Shown: one piece after another, positions 63,414-64,000 of the stretch
Numbering within the stretch: the stretch's first letter is position 1
Layout: every line of letters begins with the position of its first letter
Assembly (NCBI GenBank): GCA_023267655.1
Contig: JAHFMV010000003.1
Location: forward strand, 16,522-80,521
DNA: 64,000 bases
From: Candidatus Kaiserbacteria bacterium
Lineage (GTDB): Bacteria > Patescibacteriota > Minisyncoccia > Phycocordibacterales > UBA2100
Reading direction: 5' to 3'
Position numbers and translations under genes: made by a program
Notes under the pieces: model-generated
Databases searched by the model: none
Told to the model about the DNA's origin: nothing
Seen by the model: only the letters and a program-made list of their open reading frames with translations

Positions 63414-64000
63414 TTAGTCTGATTTCTTATCCCCAAATCGTCGTCCCATGAAAAGTTCCTGCCCAATCATAAAGAGGTTTGAGGTCGTCCAGTAGAGAGG
63501 TACGGCGGCAGAAACCGTAAATGCAATGCCCGCGACGATAAGCGGGAGGATGTAGCGCGCCTGGAGGTCGAAACTCTTGGCCATGTCATTTGAAAACGAT
63601 TGCTCTACGGGCGACGTGGCCATTTGGTTGCGAGGTCCCATGGAGAGACGCGCGTAGGTCAGTTGCGTGAGACCCGCGAGTGCAGCAAGAAGAATGCTTT
63701 TCTTTCCCATGTCGATAAGTCCGAGAAACTCCATGTTAAACATTTTCGGGACCGGAACGAACGAATACAAAAGGTCGGGATTGACGTGGGGAAGACCGCC
63801 GCGGCCGAAGACCCAATAGAGGCCGAGGAGGATTGGGAATTGGATGAGAATGAGAAAAAATGAAGAAAACGGCCGAATGCCGCGTTCTTTGTAGAGGGCA
63901 AAAATTGCTTTTGCCTGTTCGTCTTGTTTATCTTTGTATTTTGTTTTAATCGCTTCAATGTTCGGCGCAATCGCCTTCATCGCCATTTGCGTGCGGATCG
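63414..64000 (-). CDS. yidC: membrane protein insertase YidC, partial (N-terminus beyond window end)
   Basis: Conserved YidC/Oxa1 core ...IKTKYKDKQDEQAKAIFALYKERGIRPFSSFFLILIQFPILLGLY...; the reading frame stays open to position 64000. Confidence 0.8.
   Translation of the reverse strand, partial: IRTQMAMKAIAPNIEAIKTKYKDKQDEQAKAIFALYKERGIRPFSSFFLILIQFPILLGLYWVFGRGGLPHVNPDLLYSFVPVPKMFNMEFLGLIDMGKKSILLAALAGLTQLTYARLSMGPRNQMATSPVEQSFSNDMAKSFDLQARYILPLIVAGIAFTVSAAVPLYWTTSNLFMIGQELFMGRRFGDKKSD

Overview
This 64-kb window looks like a small, streamlined bacterial genome of roughly 55% GC. The gene content (type IV pilus genes with giant pseudopilins, a short trigger factor, several four-helix-bundle 'IVS protein' genes, few biosynthetic genes) suggests a Candidate-Phyla-Radiation/Patescibacteria-like organism, but that is inference from gene content only. 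In order, the window contains: a partial tpiA; a type IV pilus locus (PilX-like and two pseudopilins, pilC, pilB) with an IVS-protein cassette wedged between pilC and pilB; nusA; ppa; tig followed by an inserted BrnT/BrnA toxin-antitoxin pair and then clpP; rny; a prephenate-dehydratase-like gene; hup; a tRNA cluster (Gly-TCC, Pro-TGG, Gly-GCC, Arg-TCG) holding an AT-rich islet with a YraN-like nuclease and an HTH protein; cca; xth; xerC-like; rarA; an FKBP PPIase; rpsO; an NYN/SnoaL/SET/TrmB neighbourhood; pnp; yifB; an M23/LysM peptidase; pcrA; rsmA; a ~13-kb type IV secretion/conjugation-like cluster (secreted protein, VirB6/TrbL-like polytopic protein, PrgI-like, a split VirB4-like ATPase whose P-loop is interrupted by a 573-aa intein carrying a LAGLIDADG endonuclease, and a VirB2-like protein); then a zinc-finger protein, jag and a partial yidC. 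I found no rRNA and no CRISPR array. The most unusual content is non-genic. Two families of short inverted-repeat elements sit immediately upstream of start codons; two four-helix-bundle (23S-IVS-protein family) genes are precisely bracketed by such inverted repeats inside operons; and a ~110-nt conserved element with variable closing stems occurs three times just 3' of stop codons. All coordinates and motifs were read by eye from the sequence; no searches or folding were run.
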